Positions 1 through 10,224 of a DNA stretch of 64,000 nucleotides are shown piece by piece. The position numbers and the translations under genes are program-made. The DNA lies in assembly GCA_963752685.1 (NCBI GenBank), contig CAVVZR010000008.1, forward strand, positions 1,931,825 through 1,995,824, in the 5' to 3' direction. The first letter of the stretch is position 1. Every line of letters starts with the position of its first letter. This DNA is from an uncultured Chloroflexia bacterium (GTDB taxonomy: Bacteria; Chloroflexota; Anaerolineae; Anaerolineales; Anaerolineaceae). The notes beneath the pieces were generated by a model that made no database searches, was not told the DNA's origin, and saw nothing but the letters and a program-made list of their open reading frames with translations.

Positions 1-75
1 CACCTCGTCTGATTCATCCGAGAATGACCCAAGCCAGGATTGGAATATCGCCGGGCGACCGAGCCTGGAAATTAA

Positions 76-2919
76 ATGGGGCAATTGATCCATATGGGAA
101 CCCGCGCACCGACACTCCTCCGACACACAACCGCGCGCCTCCTCCTGGCGGTTTCACTGCTGATCTCCCTGGCCGCGGCTGCTCCTCCGCCCGGCAACTC
201 GCCGGCGGTTGAGCCGTCCGCCGCCGGCCCATCAAAACTTTTCATACCACTGGCCGTCAGCCACACCCCCGGTTCGGGCATCATCGGCCCCGATTGGCCT
301 CAGTTGGCCCATGACGCCCAGCGCAGCGGCTACACCAGCGAGCAGGTGGATCCGCCCTACTGTTATGCCTGGAAATGGAACGCCGTGCCGATCGCCTCGC
401 GGGTTCAGCCCGTAGTTAAAAACGGTTTGCTCTACATTGGCGGGCTGGACGGGCGCTTGTACGCCCGAGATGCCACCACCGGCGAACCTATTTGGGACTA
501 CACCACCGGCGGCCCCATTCGCCATACCGCCGCCGCCAGTGGTCAAATGGTGATCACCGGTTCGTACGACGGTTATACCTATGCGCTCAATGCTGTCACC
601 GGCGCCCTGGCCTGGAAGACCCTCACCGGCTCCAGCGCAACCGCCCCCCTGGTGGATGAGAGCCACCAGCGGGTTTACGTCGCCTCCACCTACGGCCTGC
701 TGCGCGCGCTCAACCTGAGCAATGGCAGCCAGGTCTGGCAATATGATGCCAAAGCCGCTATCCTCACCTCGCCTTCGCTCAGCGAAGACAACAGTCTGGT
801 CTTCTTTGGCAGCGAAAGCATGGACGCCATCGCGGTCAACGCCAATACCGGCGCCCAGGTGTGGAAAACCAAACTACAGGGCCAAAGCCTGGCAGAACGT
901 TTCCCGGTTGTGGCGGGCAGCGCGGTTATTTACCGCTCTCAGCCCTACTACTTCTTCCACAATCTACTGCAAGGCTGGGGTGACGACGTGATGGACCAGG
1001 CCGGGGGGGTCGACGCCAATTGGACCGCGGATTGGGCCAAAGTGAAACCGAAAATTGTGGCATCCCTCAACGCCAACCCCTCCCGTCAGACCTATTTCGT
1101 GCTTAACACCTCCAACGGTTCCAACCGCGGCACCGCCCCGGTGCTGTATACCTACGGTTCCAATGACGTTCCGAATGTGCCCATCGCTGCTCCTAACACC
1201 ACCTACCTCACCTACCGCGCCCGTCACGGCATCCAGACCGATTACCCCAACATCGTGCACGTCACCACCAAATACGACGCCGAGCTGGGCAAAATGGATT
1301 TGAACTCCCTGGATATCACCGGGTTGACCGCCTCATCTTCGCTCACCATCCCTCTTACCGGCGGCACGTCCTTCCGCATGACCTCGGACGAGGCGGCCAT
1401 GCTGACCATGGGCGGCAACATCCTCTGGGTGGATAACTGGGAGCGCCTGGGCGGGCTAAACGTCAGCAGCGGCCAGATTGTGCACGCCGGCAACGTATCC
1501 AACGACTGGCCGGAATGCTTCGCCCAATGTGGCGCCGCCGGGCCTCACCCGTTTTATCCCTTGAGCGGTAAAGCCGGAGATCCGGCCTACCCCTTCCCTG
1601 GCCCGCGCACCTCCGAAGGCCACGCCCGCGCCGGCGCGGTCATCGCCAACAACATGGTCTTCTGGCGCGTGGCAGATGCCGGCCTGGCCGCCTTTAGCCA
1701 CTCGACTGCCTCGAACTGCCCCTCTCCGGCCGTCTGGACCATTTCGGGCGGGGCGCTGTACGTGACCAACGAACTGCCCCCGGAAGATCCCCAGCCGGCG
1801 GCCGCCGATCTCTCGGTTTACGTCACCACCGACCGCACCATCCCCGTGGCGGTGACCAGCCAGAACCAGGACCTGGTCGACCGCCTCAACAAGGAAATCA
1901 GCGCCCTGCTGACCGCGGCCAACAACAACCATCTGCTGCCTTATTATCTGGAGCGCGGTTTCTCCAACACCCAGGTGTGGCCGTACAACTCGACCAAGCC
2001 CGAGATGCCGCAGATCATGTACATCAGTTTCGGCAACACCTATTGGCACGATCCTGGTGAATTTCTCTACAGTATGGCCTTGGCTTATCCTTACCTGAGT
2101 GCCTCCTTGAAAACCCAGCTCAAAACCTACGTCCAGGCTGAAATGGGGCGCTACCCACCCTTACAGGATCTGCCGTATAACTCCACCAGCAAAGATTGGC
2201 TGCACAGCGGCTCACCGCGCGAGCTCAACCCCATCGTCATGCGCGCCGAGCTCAATAACTGGCCGCCGGTGGCCGCCAACTTGTCGGCCATTTACGCGGT
2301 ATGGTTGTGGGCGAAGAACACCGGTGATTGGAGCTACGCTGATGCCAATTACACCCAGGCCACCAGCCTGTTCAACAGCCGTAAAGGCAGTATGAACTAC
2401 TACGCCGACATCGCCGGGGCCATCGGCTACTACCGCCTGGCAAAGCACCGCAATGATTTCACCGCTCAAACCAACGCATTGAATGCCGCCGTGGCCGCGA
2501 TGAACACCGGGCTGAACTTCGCCACCTTCCGCGACCGCGCCAATACCAATTACCCCGACCCGCGCGGCTATACCACCGGCTGGTCGGCGCCTGTTTTCTA
2601 CGGGATGACCCCCGAAGTGGGCCAATATCTCCACGAGCAGTTCAATACCAACGCCGCATCTTATTTACTGGGCCTCGAGAGCCTCGACAGCCAGGGCAAT
2701 GGGCTGGTCTGGTGGTATTTCACCCGCGCCGGTGAGCACGGCGAGAACGGCGAGACCTCTTTCCTGACCCCTCTCACCGCCTGGTCGCATTTCCTGGCGC
2801 ACGCCTACGTGGTGGGCGATCACCAGGCCAACCTGCGCAAATGGCTGGACCGACCCTGGACCCCCGGTGATCTCTACTCCATCCAGAAAATCGTCGCCAC
2901 GATCCAATCTCCGCCTTGA
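76..2919 (+). CDS. Secreted PQQ-like beta-propeller repeat protein with a large C-terminal domain of unknown function (947 aa; alternative start Met at 94)
   Basis: Long uninterrupted ORF. The N-terminus has a hydrophobic signal/anchor (LLLAVSLLISLAAAAPPPG). Repeated BamB/PQQ-type blades are present (GRLYARDATTGEPIWDY, GYTYALNAVTGALAWK, GLLRALNLSNGSQVWQY, DAIAVNANTGAQVWK). The C-terminal ~600 aa are not recognisable. Confidence 0.6.
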   Translation: MGQLIHMGTRAPTLLRHTTARLLLAVSLLISLAAAAPPPGNSPAVEPSAAGPSKLFIPLAVSHTPGSGIIGPDWPQLAHDAQRSGYTSEQVDPPYCYAWKWNAVPIASRVQPVVKNGLLYIGGLDGRLYARDATTGEPIWDYTTGGPIRHTAAASGQMVITGSYDGYTYALNAVTGALAWKTLTGSSATAPLVDESHQRVYVASTYGLLRALNLSNGSQVWQYDAKAAILTSPSLSEDNSLVFFGSESMDAIAVNANTGAQVWKTKLQGQSLAERFPVVAGSAVIYRSQPYYFFHNLLQGWGDDVMDQAGGVDANWTADWAKVKPKIVASLNANPSRQTYFVLNTSNGSNRGTAPVLYTYGSNDVPNVPIAAPNTTYLTYRARHGIQTDYPNIVHVTTKYDAELGKMDLNSLDITGLTASSSLTIPLTGGTSFRMTSDEAAMLTMGGNILWVDNWERLGGLNVSSGQIVHAGNVSNDWPECFAQCGAAGPHPFYPLSGKAGDPAYPFPGPRTSEGHARAGAVIANNMVFWRVADAGLAAFSHSTASNCPSPAVWTISGGALYVTNELPPEDPQPAAADLSVYVTTDRTIPVAVTSQNQDLVDRLNKEISALLTAANNNHLLPYYLERGFSNTQVWPYNSTKPEMPQIMYISFGNTYWHDPGEFLYSMALAYPYLSASLKTQLKTYVQAEMGRYPPLQDLPYNSTSKDWLHSGSPRELNPIVMRAELNNWPPVAANLSAIYAVWLWAKNTGDWSYADANYTQATSLFNSRKGSMNYYADIAGAIGYYRLAKHRNDFTAQTNALNAAVAAMNTGLNFATFRDRANTNYPDPRGYTTGWSAPVFYGMTPEVGQYLHEQFNTNAASYLLGLESLDSQGNGLVWWYFTRAGEHGENGETSFLTPLTAWSHFLAHAYVVGDHQANLRKWLDRPWTPGDLYSIQKIVATIQSPP

Positions 2920-3014
2920 CTGCCCGCGCGGATGGCGCCTGCCAGGCCGCATCGACTACCAGATTTTTGCCGGCGCCAAATGTGCCAGATCGCCCAATAA
3001 CACCAGAATCAAAA

Positions 3015-3040
3015 ACACCCTCATGGAAGTGGGGGTGTTT
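3015..3040. terminator. Weak hairpin between convergent genes (aacaccc...ggggtgtt followed by TTGATTG)
   Basis: 7-8 bp stem with a 10-nt loop, in the 150-bp gap between the + gene ending at 2919 and the - gene ending at 3070. Confidence 0.3.
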
Positions 3041-3069
3041 GATTGATCCCAATGGTTTACGGCAGCGTA

Positions 3070-3945
3070 TTAACCCGCCACGGGTGAAGCGAACAATGCG
3101 TCCAGGTCAGCCTGGCGAATGGCCGCCAAACCGAACACAGTCGGCCCGGCATGGGCACCTAACACGGTTGTCACCGTCACCAGGCGATCCTCCACGCTGT
3201 GCAAAGCCGTGCTGAGTGCCTCGCGCAGCCTGTTCACCGCATCCGGGTTCTGACCGTGCATCAACTGCAGCCGGATGGGGTCGACGCCAAACTTGTCATG
3301 AGTCAGGGACGCCAATTTCCGCGCCACGCGCCCCACCGAGATATCCTGGCCAAGGGAAATAAATGATCCATCCTGGTCGTTGAGCCCGATGATCGGCTTG
3401 ATCTTGAGCACCGCCGCGATGATCCCGCGTAAATGACTGACCCGCCCGCTGTGCACCAGGTATTTCACATCGGTAAACGCCACCGTGGTCAGGGTCCTGG
3501 CACGAACCTGCTCGATCGCTGCCAGGATGCGCTCCTTGCTCCAACCCAGGCGCACGCCGCGCGCGGCCGTTTCCACCAACCATCCCAGCGCTGGGCCGAT
3601 GGTCTTCGAATCCACTACCGTCACCCGGCCATCAGGGATCATCTGGGCGGCCGTCATCGCCGATGAATACGTGCCGCTCAACCCCGAAGAAAGGTGGATC
3701 GAGATGATCTCTTCCTCCGGATACTGGTTATAAACTGTGGTGAAATCACCCGCCGATGGCAGCGTGGTAAGCGGAAATTCATTGGGATATTCGACGTACA
3801 TCTGGTAAATGGCCTCAGGAGAGATATCCAACCCATCCACATACGTTTTGCCATTAAAGGTGACTCGAAATCGCACCAACCCGACCTCCAGGGCTTCGCA
3901 TTGCTCCGTTGATAAGTTGGCCGCCGAATCCGTCACTATTTTCAT
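3070..3945 (-). CDS. DegV family (EDD-fold) fatty-acid-binding protein
   Basis: 291-aa ORF. The MKIVTDSAANL N-terminus, the SSGLSGTYSSA motif and overall length are typical of DegV/YitS-family proteins. Confidence 0.8.
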   Translation of the reverse strand: MKIVTDSAANLSTEQCEALEVGLVRFRVTFNGKTYVDGLDISPEAIYQMYVEYPNEFPLTTLPSAGDFTTVYNQYPEEEIISIHLSSGLSGTYSSAMTAAQMIPDGRVTVVDSKTIGPALGWLVETAARGVRLGWSKERILAAIEQVRARTLTTVAFTDVKYLVHSGRVSHLRGIIAAVLKIKPIIGLNDQDGSFISLGQDISVGRVARKLASLTHDKFGVDPIRLQLMHGQNPDAVNRLREALSTALHSVEDRLVTVTTVLGAHAGPTVFGLAAIRQADLDALFASPVAG

Positions 3946-4098
3946 TCTGACCTTCCTCTTTGATTGAATTTATCTGCTGACCCGAGATCAAATTTTGCTT
4001 TTGCCGCTCATATGTTTGGTAGAAACAAACCTTTCACCTAATTATACCGGGGCTTCGCAATTGCTTGCTTTACATTCACCTTACTTGACAATCCCCCC

Positions 4099-5085
4099 AT
4101 GCGCTATACAATGGGTGGATGCAAACCACCCCGGCGACCGAACAAACCTTCACCTTTTCACCGCCCAACATTGCAGTTTGATAAATCTATGCTGCCTTTC
4201 ATAGCTACGGTCATCCTAAATTTCAATCGCTGGGACAATACCTTGGCCTGCCTGCAATCTCTGGCTGCTGGGGATTACCCGCGCCACCACATCATTGTGG
4301 TCAATGTAGCGGTTGAACAGCATATCCCTCTCGAAATCACTCGCGATTTTTCCCAGGTTGAAGTCCTTGCCCTGGCCGAAAACAAAGGCTACGCCGGGAA
4401 TAATAATGTTGGCATCCAACACGCCCTTTCCTTGGGCGCAGATTGGGTATTGGTGTTAAACGATGACACTTTGCTGGCCCCCGATTGTATTTCCCGCTTG
4501 GTGGAGGTGGCGGAAAGCGACCCGCGTATCGGCATGGTTGGTCCGCTGATTTACCACGCCGACGAACCCAAGGTAATCCAATCGGCAGGCGGTTCTTTCG
4601 ACCGGCAGTGGCGTTCTCACCATTACGGCATCCACGAGCCGGATCACGGGCAGTTCAATACTACCCGCGAGGTCGCCTGGCTAAACGGCTGCAGCATCCT
4701 TTGCCGCGCGGAAGCCCTGGAAGAGATCGGCTTGCTGGACGAACGTTTCTTTTTATATAACGAAGAAGTGGACTGGTGTTACCGCGCCGGTAAACATGGC
4801 TGGAAAATCCTGCTCGCGCCTCAGGCCAAATTGTGGCACAAAGGCGTCAGCCGGTCCTATACTCCCTCGGCAAATGTCACCTATTACATGGTCCGCAACC
4901 AGATGCTCTTTCTGCAAAAACATCACGCGCCGCTTGACGTTAAGATTTTCACCTGGGTTGAGCGCCTGCGGATGATCGCCAGCTATAGCTTGCGGCCTAA
5001 ATGGAAGCATGCCCGCGATCACCGCGACGCCGCGGTTCAGGGCCTGTATGACTCAATTTTCCAGCGGTGGGGAAAACGCGGCTAA
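4099..5085 (+). CDS. Family 2 glycosyltransferase (GT-A fold); probable true start at Met 4189
   Basis: The N-terminal FIATVILNFNRWDNTLACLQSL is a classic GT2 beginning. A DxD-like 'LNDDT' and 'DWCYR' lie in the body. The first 30 codons of the listed ORF are low complexity. Confidence 0.75.
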   Translation: MRYTMGGCKPPRRPNKPSPFHRPTLQFDKSMLPFIATVILNFNRWDNTLACLQSLAAGDYPRHHIIVVNVAVEQHIPLEITRDFSQVEVLALAENKGYAGNNNVGIQHALSLGADWVLVLNDDTLLAPDCISRLVEVAESDPRIGMVGPLIYHADEPKVIQSAGGSFDRQWRSHHYGIHEPDHGQFNTTREVAWLNGCSILCRAEALEEIGLLDERFFLYNEEVDWCYRAGKHGWKILLAPQAKLWHKGVSRSYTPSANVTYYMVRNQMLFLQKHHAPLDVKIFTWVERLRMIASYSLRPKWKHARDHRDAAVQGLYDSIFQRWGKRG

Positions 5086-5120
5086 GAGGAAGCACCCGCA
5101 CGCTATTTTCAAAGGAAAAT

Positions 5121-5597
5121 ATGGAACGACTGGACATTTACGATCAAAACGGACAGCCTACTGGAAGGGTCATCGATCGTGGCGCACGCCTGGCCGCAGG
5201 AGACCACATCCTGGTGGTGCAGCTGTGGATCCGAGATGAGCTCGGGCAGTACCTGATACAACAGCGCGCTCACCATCTGGTTGATGCGCCGGGCATCTGG
5301 GCTACCACCGCGGGGCACGTCCAGGCAGGCGAAGACAGCCGCAGCGCAGCCCTCCGCGAACTCGACGAAGAGATGGGTCTCCAGATATCCCCCGACTTGC
5401 TCTCACATTTCCTGCGCTTCACCAGAAACAATATCATCCAGGATGTCTGGGTGGCCAATGTCCTCACCGCCGATCTTGGCGGCCCGGTCATCGGCGTGGA
5501 AGTTGCGGGTTGGATGTGGGCTTCTCGGGAGAAAATTGAAGCCATGGTAGCCAGCGGCGATTTCTTTCCTTATCGATATTTACAGAGCTTCCTCTAG
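5121..5597 (+). CDS. NUDIX hydrolase
   Basis: Nudix box GHVQAGEDSRSAALRELDEEMGL (GX5EX7REUXEEXGU). AGGA-like RBS ahead of ATG 5121. The longer ORF from 5067 overlaps the preceding gene. Confidence 0.8.
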   Translation: MERLDIYDQNGQPTGRVIDRGARLAAGDHILVVQLWIRDELGQYLIQQRAHHLVDAPGIWATTAGHVQAGEDSRSAALRELDEEMGLQISPDLLSHFLRFTRNNIIQDVWVANVLTADLGGPVIGVEVAGWMWASREKIEAMVASGDFFPYRYLQSFL

Positions 5598-5693
5598 TGC
5601 CTGCGCCGGTCGACAATGCCGGTTCTTCACCCTAAAATAGGACGCAGCCTGCATAGCACACGGAAATATTGGGCCCGATTATTTTTCAAAAAA

Positions 5694-5733
5694 ACGAGTG
5701 TATTGTCCATCTACCGGACAATACACTCGTTTT
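5694..5733. terminator. Bidirectional rho-independent terminator
   Basis: Perfect 15-bp stem ACGAGTGTATTGTCC / GGACAATACACTCGT with a 7-nt loop. It is flanked by an A7 run upstream and T4 downstream, between convergent nudix (+) and amt (-). Confidence 0.65.
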
Positions 5734-5750
5734 GGTCTCCATATATCGAA

Positions 5751-7178
5751 TTAGTCTGCGGGCGCTCCTTGTGGAACGGCAACCGGCTCTTTGATATGAT
5801 CTCCGGCGCCAATCACATCGCCAGGATAGGCCGCAGCGCCGTGTTCGATCGCATCCAGGCCCTGGATCTCTTCTTCGCGTGAGACCCGCAGCCCGAACAC
5901 ACCTTTAAGAATGCCGTTGAACAGCACAGTACCGGTCAACACGCACCAGACACCTACGGCCAGTACGCCAATCAATTGAGTCAGCAGCTGACCGGGGTTT
6001 CCGGCCAGCAGGCCAGTGACGCCGTTCTCTGTGGCGAAGATGCCCACTGCCAGGGTGCCCCAGATGCCGTTCATCAGGTGAACCGGGACGGCCGAGACCG
6101 GGTCGTCAATCTTCAACTTCTCGAGCAGGATCGCGCCGTAGACCACGAATATGCCGGCGATTCCGCCGATGATAATGGAAGCTAACGGGGTCACAAATGC
6201 ACAGGGCGCGGTGATAGCCACCAGACCCGCCAAAACACCATTGAGCGACACACCCAGGTCGGGTTTCTTGGTTACGAACAGCCAGTTGATTACCATGGCA
6301 ATCAAACCACCTGCTGCGGCCGCCAGGTTGGTATTGACCGCTACCAGCGAGACCACATCCGCATTATCACCGTAAATGGCCAGCTGGCTGCCCGGGTTGA
6401 AACCGAACCAACCCAACCAGAGGATGAAGACGCCCAGCACTGCCAGGGTGATCGAATGACCGGGAATGGCAACCGCCTTACCGCTTTTAGTAAAGCGGCC
6501 AATCCGCGGACCAAGCGCCATGGCGCCCACCAGGGCAAGCCAACCGCCAACGCTGTGAACGACGGTGGAACCGGCGAAATCTTTGAACCCGGCGCCAAAC
6601 GGCAGGGTTGAAAGCCAACCACCGCCCCAAATCCAATGACCCGATACAGGATAGATGATGGCCGTGATAAAGAAGCTGTAAATCAGGTAAGACGAAAACT
6701 TCGTGCGTTCCGCCATTGAACCGGAAACAATCGTGGCAGCGGTTCCGGCAAAGACCAGTTGGAAGAACCAGAAGGCAAGAACGGGTAAACCGGCGACATC
6801 TTCCGCAGGTGGGGAGATGAAAAAGCCCGACGTGCCAATCCATCCGCCGGCGCTTGCGCCAAACATGAAGGCATATCCAATCGCCCAAAAAGCCAGGCTG
6901 GCAAAAACGAAATCGACCAGGTTTTTGAACAGGATATTGGTGGTGTTCTTGGCGCGCGTCAACCCGGCTTCAACCAGGGCAAAACCGGCCTGCATCCAAA
7001 ACACAAGGAAAGCGGTGATCAGCACCCAAAGCGTATTGAGCCCACGGGTCAATTCTGCGGTTGGGTCGGGGGTTTGCGCGAACGTTGGCGCGGTAATCGC
7101 CAATAATGCGGTTGCGGCGATCGCTGGGGTCAACACCCACCGGGCCCATTTGATCGAACGAAGCGTAAATATCTTCAT
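5751..7178 (-). CDS. amt: Ammonium transporter (Amt/MEP family) with cleavable signal peptide
   Basis: 475 aa with 11-12 predicted TM segments. Amt signature region LWVLITAFLVFWMQAGFALVEAGLTRAKN is present. N-terminal signal peptide as in AmtB. Confidence 0.9.
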   Translation of the reverse strand: MKIFTLRSIKWARWVLTPAIAATALLAITAPTFAQTPDPTAELTRGLNTLWVLITAFLVFWMQAGFALVEAGLTRAKNTTNILFKNLVDFVFASLAFWAIGYAFMFGASAGGWIGTSGFFISPPAEDVAGLPVLAFWFFQLVFAGTAATIVSGSMAERTKFSSYLIYSFFITAIIYPVSGHWIWGGGWLSTLPFGAGFKDFAGSTVVHSVGGWLALVGAMALGPRIGRFTKSGKAVAIPGHSITLAVLGVFILWLGWFGFNPGSQLAIYGDNADVVSLVAVNTNLAAAAGGLIAMVINWLFVTKKPDLGVSLNGVLAGLVAITAPCAFVTPLASIIIGGIAGIFVVYGAILLEKLKIDDPVSAVPVHLMNGIWGTLAVGIFATENGVTGLLAGNPGQLLTQLIGVLAVGVWCVLTGTVLFNGILKGVFGLRVSREEEIQGLDAIEHGAAAYPGDVIGAGDHIKEPVAVPQGAPAD

Positions 7179-7401
7179 GTCATCCTCCTCTACGAAGCAG
7201 TTCTAGGATTTCAACGATAATAAAGAGTGAGTGATGGGATAAAACCCTGGTTTATTACCGTAAAGGAATAGTACAATGAAGCCAGGCAGTGCGCATTACC
7301 CAAATGGATAATATTGATGCGGATTTTGGTGAAAATAATTCCCCAAATCCTCGATATTTGAAGAATTTGTCCAATTTACTCAAGTGAATCGAATGGCAAA
7401 A

Positions 7402-7437
7402 GTGACCCACCTCGAACATTTTATCGGGGTGGGTCAC
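7402..7437 (-). terminator. Hairpin (10-bp perfect stem GTGACCCACC/GGTGGGTCAC, 16-nt loop) followed on the minus strand by TTTTGCC
   Basis: Seen in sequence. It lies in the 520-bp leader between the alpha-oxoamine synthase gene and amt. It could terminate the upstream gene or be a regulatory structure for amt. Confidence 0.35.
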
Positions 7438-7697
7438 GCATATTCAAAGGTAAATTAATCCAACTTTTCCTTGTCCGATCATTTTCTGTTGGGCAATGAA
7501 ATGATCTATTTGTGATCTTCTTGCTCAGGTCAAATCGTTATCATCCGGCAATTCCCCCCGATTGAGGAGTTAACCTGCTGACATGTCGTATGCGAGCCCG
7601 GAAATGTGACATCCTCAAGCCGAAACCGGCAAGCATCTCGGCAAACTCTACTTACATAGGTGATTTTCTCTGGCCAATGGCAAAATAGACTCCCTTG

Positions 7698-8795
7698 CTA
7701 AACCAACTGGGCAATTTCCCCCACCAAGCGCTCGATCTGCGCCGGCGTGTGCGTGGCAAAGATGGCTATGCGCAGCGCACCGCCCGGCGGGACGCTCGTA
7801 TACTCGCGCACCAGAGTCACTGCGATGTCTTGCGCATACAGGCCCGCCTGAATGCGTTCCAGGCTGATCCCATCTCTGGCCGCCAGGCAGAGGATCGGCA
7901 CCGGGCTGTCTTCCACCTGCCAACCCAACCCGCTTATCCCCTCTCGCGCCGCGGCGACGTTCGCCCGCAGTTGGTCGCGCCACCCTGGGTTTTCACGGGC
8001 CAATGCCAGTGCTTTTGTCGAGGCAGCCGTCACCACCAATGGCGGCGGGCTGGCGCCCACACTGATACGAGCATTACGCTCGATGCGGTCTGCCCAGTTG
8101 CTGCTGCCCCAAAGCACCCCACCGTAGCCCCCCAACGCTTTTGCCAGGGTTCCGGTTGTCCGGCAGGTTTCGTCATGGATGCCAAAAAAATCCGGCGTTC
8201 CTCGCCCATTCGGCCCCAGCACCCCCACCGCATGGGCATCGTCCAGGTAAACCTGCCCGTGGTATTGCTTCGCCAAAGCCAGGTAGTCTGGAAGAGGCGC
8301 AATCTCCCCGGAAACCGGAAAGACTCCATCGCTCATGATCAAAGGGCGTTCACCGGCTTGCAATTCCTCCTGTAATCGTGTCTGCAGTAAATCCGGGCTC
8401 AGATGGGTGAAAGGCGTGATCGGCCGATTGGTGGCATACGCCGCATCCCACAGGCTGTAATGCGCGGAAGCATCCAGGAAAATATGCTCAAATCCTCCCG
8501 GCTCGGCCTGGGTTAACAGGCTCATGCCCATATAACCGGATGGGAAATAGATCACCCGCTCCGCACCAAAAAAGAGCCCGGCTTCTTCTTCCAGGCGCCG
8601 GTATAAGGGATGCTCGCCAAAACCTCCGCGCGATCCGCCAGTGAACAGCCCATACTGCCGGATAGCCGCCTCGGCCGCCGCTAGCACCTGCGGATGGCTC
8701 TGCAGACCCAGGTATCCGGTACCCGAGAAATAATCGAACGCCCGCCCATTGATCTGAGTGATCGCCCCGATGGGCCCCTCAATCGATATTTTCAT
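7698..8795 (-). CDS. PLP-dependent alpha-oxoamine synthase family (8-amino-7-oxononanoate synthase / KBL / SPT-like)
   Basis: 365 aa. The YFSGTGYLGL and LDDAHAVGVLGPNGRG segments are typical of BioF/Kbl class-II aminotransferases. A lysine-containing PLP region is present. Confidence 0.75.
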   Translation of the reverse strand: MKISIEGPIGAITQINGRAFDYFSGTGYLGLQSHPQVLAAAEAAIRQYGLFTGGSRGGFGEHPLYRRLEEEAGLFFGAERVIYFPSGYMGMSLLTQAEPGGFEHIFLDASAHYSLWDAAYATNRPITPFTHLSPDLLQTRLQEELQAGERPLIMSDGVFPVSGEIAPLPDYLALAKQYHGQVYLDDAHAVGVLGPNGRGTPDFFGIHDETCRTTGTLAKALGGYGGVLWGSSNWADRIERNARISVGASPPPLVVTAASTKALALARENPGWRDQLRANVAAAREGISGLGWQVEDSPVPILCLAARDGISLERIQAGLYAQDIAVTLVREYTSVPPGGALRIAIFATHTPAQIERLVGEIAQLV

Positions 8796-8927
8796 ATGAG
8801 GCCTATCATACCGCCATTCGTTTCAATTCAATATCAATCCGACAATTTGGAAGCTTGCGTTTTGATTTTCGCAAATCAATAAGATAAAATTAGTCAAATT
8901 GAAATCACCCGACGCGTAGGAGGGACA

Positions 8928-10157
8928 ATGAGCGGCGCAGCATTCATCCGAAGCATTCAACAGGACCCGCCCCTGGCGCTGGTCATCATTATCCTGCTCA
9001 GCGCGATTGTGTTCATCATCGCGCGCTATGGCATCGCTCGCTGGTTAGTCAGCCTGGCGGCTCGCACCACCAACAAATACGACGATATTTTCATCGAAAA
9101 CCTGCACCCCAACCGCCTGGCATGGCTGGCGCCTCTCGCAGTGATTTACACCACCGCCTTCTTATTTCCGGGGTTTCAGCAGGCCATTGCGAAGGCCTCT
9201 CTCTTCCTGATCATGTGGGTCGCCATTCTGACCCTGAATGGGATCCTGACCGCGATCAATGATATCTATGAAAAGCGCAAAAATTACAATGGGGTCAGCA
9301 TCCAGAGCTATCTGGATATCATCAAGATCCTCACTGTCATTGTCGGAATAATTCTCAGCGTTACCATGATCACCGGTGAATCACCCTGGGTGCTGCTCAC
9401 CGGTCTGGGCGCGCTGACTGCGGTAATCCTGCTCATTTTCCAGGGCACCATCCTCTCCCTGGTCGCCAGCGTGCAGATCGTCGCCAATGACCTGTTAAAG
9501 GAAGGCGATTGGGTGGAGGTGCCCAGTTACGGCGCGGACGGCGATGTGACCAACATCAACCTGCACTCGATCAAAATTCGCAACTTCGATATGACCTACA
9601 CCATCATCCCAACCTATAAAATCGTGGATGTGGCTTACAAAAACTGGCGCGGAATGAAAGAGAGCGGCGGGCGACGTATTCAACGCTCCCTTTCGGTGGA
9701 TATGATCAGCATAAAATTTTGCGACCAGGAATTGTTAAACCAGTTGAGAAAGATTGACTTGATTGAAAAATGGGTCGGCGAGAAAATAACAGGCCTGGAA
9801 GCCTATCAAAAAGAGCACGCCGATCACTATGATTCGCCCCTGGATGGGCCTCAAATCACCAACATCGAAATTTTCCGCGCCTACATCACCGCCTATTTAC
9901 GCAGCCGGCCAGACATCAACCACGAAGGTATGCCCTTTTTAGTGCGGGTGCTTTCGCCCACCCCCACCGGCCTGCCGGTCGAACTTTACATCTTCACCCG
10001 CACCACCGATTGGGCTGCCTACGAATTAATTCAGGCAGAAATCTTCGATCATCTCCTTGCGGCTGCCTCCAACTTTGATCTGCGTGTGTTCCAGGAACCG
10101 ACCGGGCTAGATTTCGCTACATTTACAAACACCCTGCGCAGTGGGTCGTCAAAATAA
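8928..10157 (+). CDS. Mechanosensitive ion channel, MscS family
   Basis: N-terminal multi-TM region followed by a conserved MscS beta-domain (ASVQIVANDLLKEGDWVEVPSYGADGDVTNINLHSIKIRNFD). Confidence 0.8.
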   Translation: MSGAAFIRSIQQDPPLALVIIILLSAIVFIIARYGIARWLVSLAARTTNKYDDIFIENLHPNRLAWLAPLAVIYTTAFLFPGFQQAIAKASLFLIMWVAILTLNGILTAINDIYEKRKNYNGVSIQSYLDIIKILTVIVGIILSVTMITGESPWVLLTGLGALTAVILLIFQGTILSLVASVQIVANDLLKEGDWVEVPSYGADGDVTNINLHSIKIRNFDMTYTIIPTYKIVDVAYKNWRGMKESGGRRIQRSLSVDMISIKFCDQELLNQLRKIDLIEKWVGEKITGLEAYQKEHADHYDSPLDGPQITNIEIFRAYITAYLRSRPDINHEGMPFLVRVLSPTPTGLPVELYIFTRTTDWAAYELIQAEIFDHLLAAASNFDLRVFQEPTGLDFATFTNTLRSGSSK

Positions 10158-10172
10158 TCCCCTCCTTGCAAA

Positions 10173-10208
10173 GCACAGAGGACACGCCGGCCGGCGTGTC
10201 CTCTGTGC
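10173..10208. terminator. 36-bp perfect palindrome (GCACAGAGGACACGCCGG|CCGGCGTGTCCTCTGTGC) between convergent genes; weak T-tract
   Basis: Seen in sequence. It sits between the mscS-like stop (10157) and the epimerase stop (10225). Confidence 0.45.
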
Positions 10209-10224
10209 TTATATTGATATGAAT

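Noticed and set aside
3596-3616. tRNA-like T-loop string 'gtcttcgaatcc'
   Set aside because: It lies inside the DegV coding sequence, and the flanks have no acceptor-stem, D-arm or anticodon-arm complementarity. No tRNA genes were found anywhere in the window.
6703-7206. 167-aa plus-strand ORF
   Set aside because: It is antisense to the ammonium transporter gene.
7695-8375. 226-aa plus-strand ORF
   Set aside because: It is antisense to the alpha-oxoamine synthase gene.
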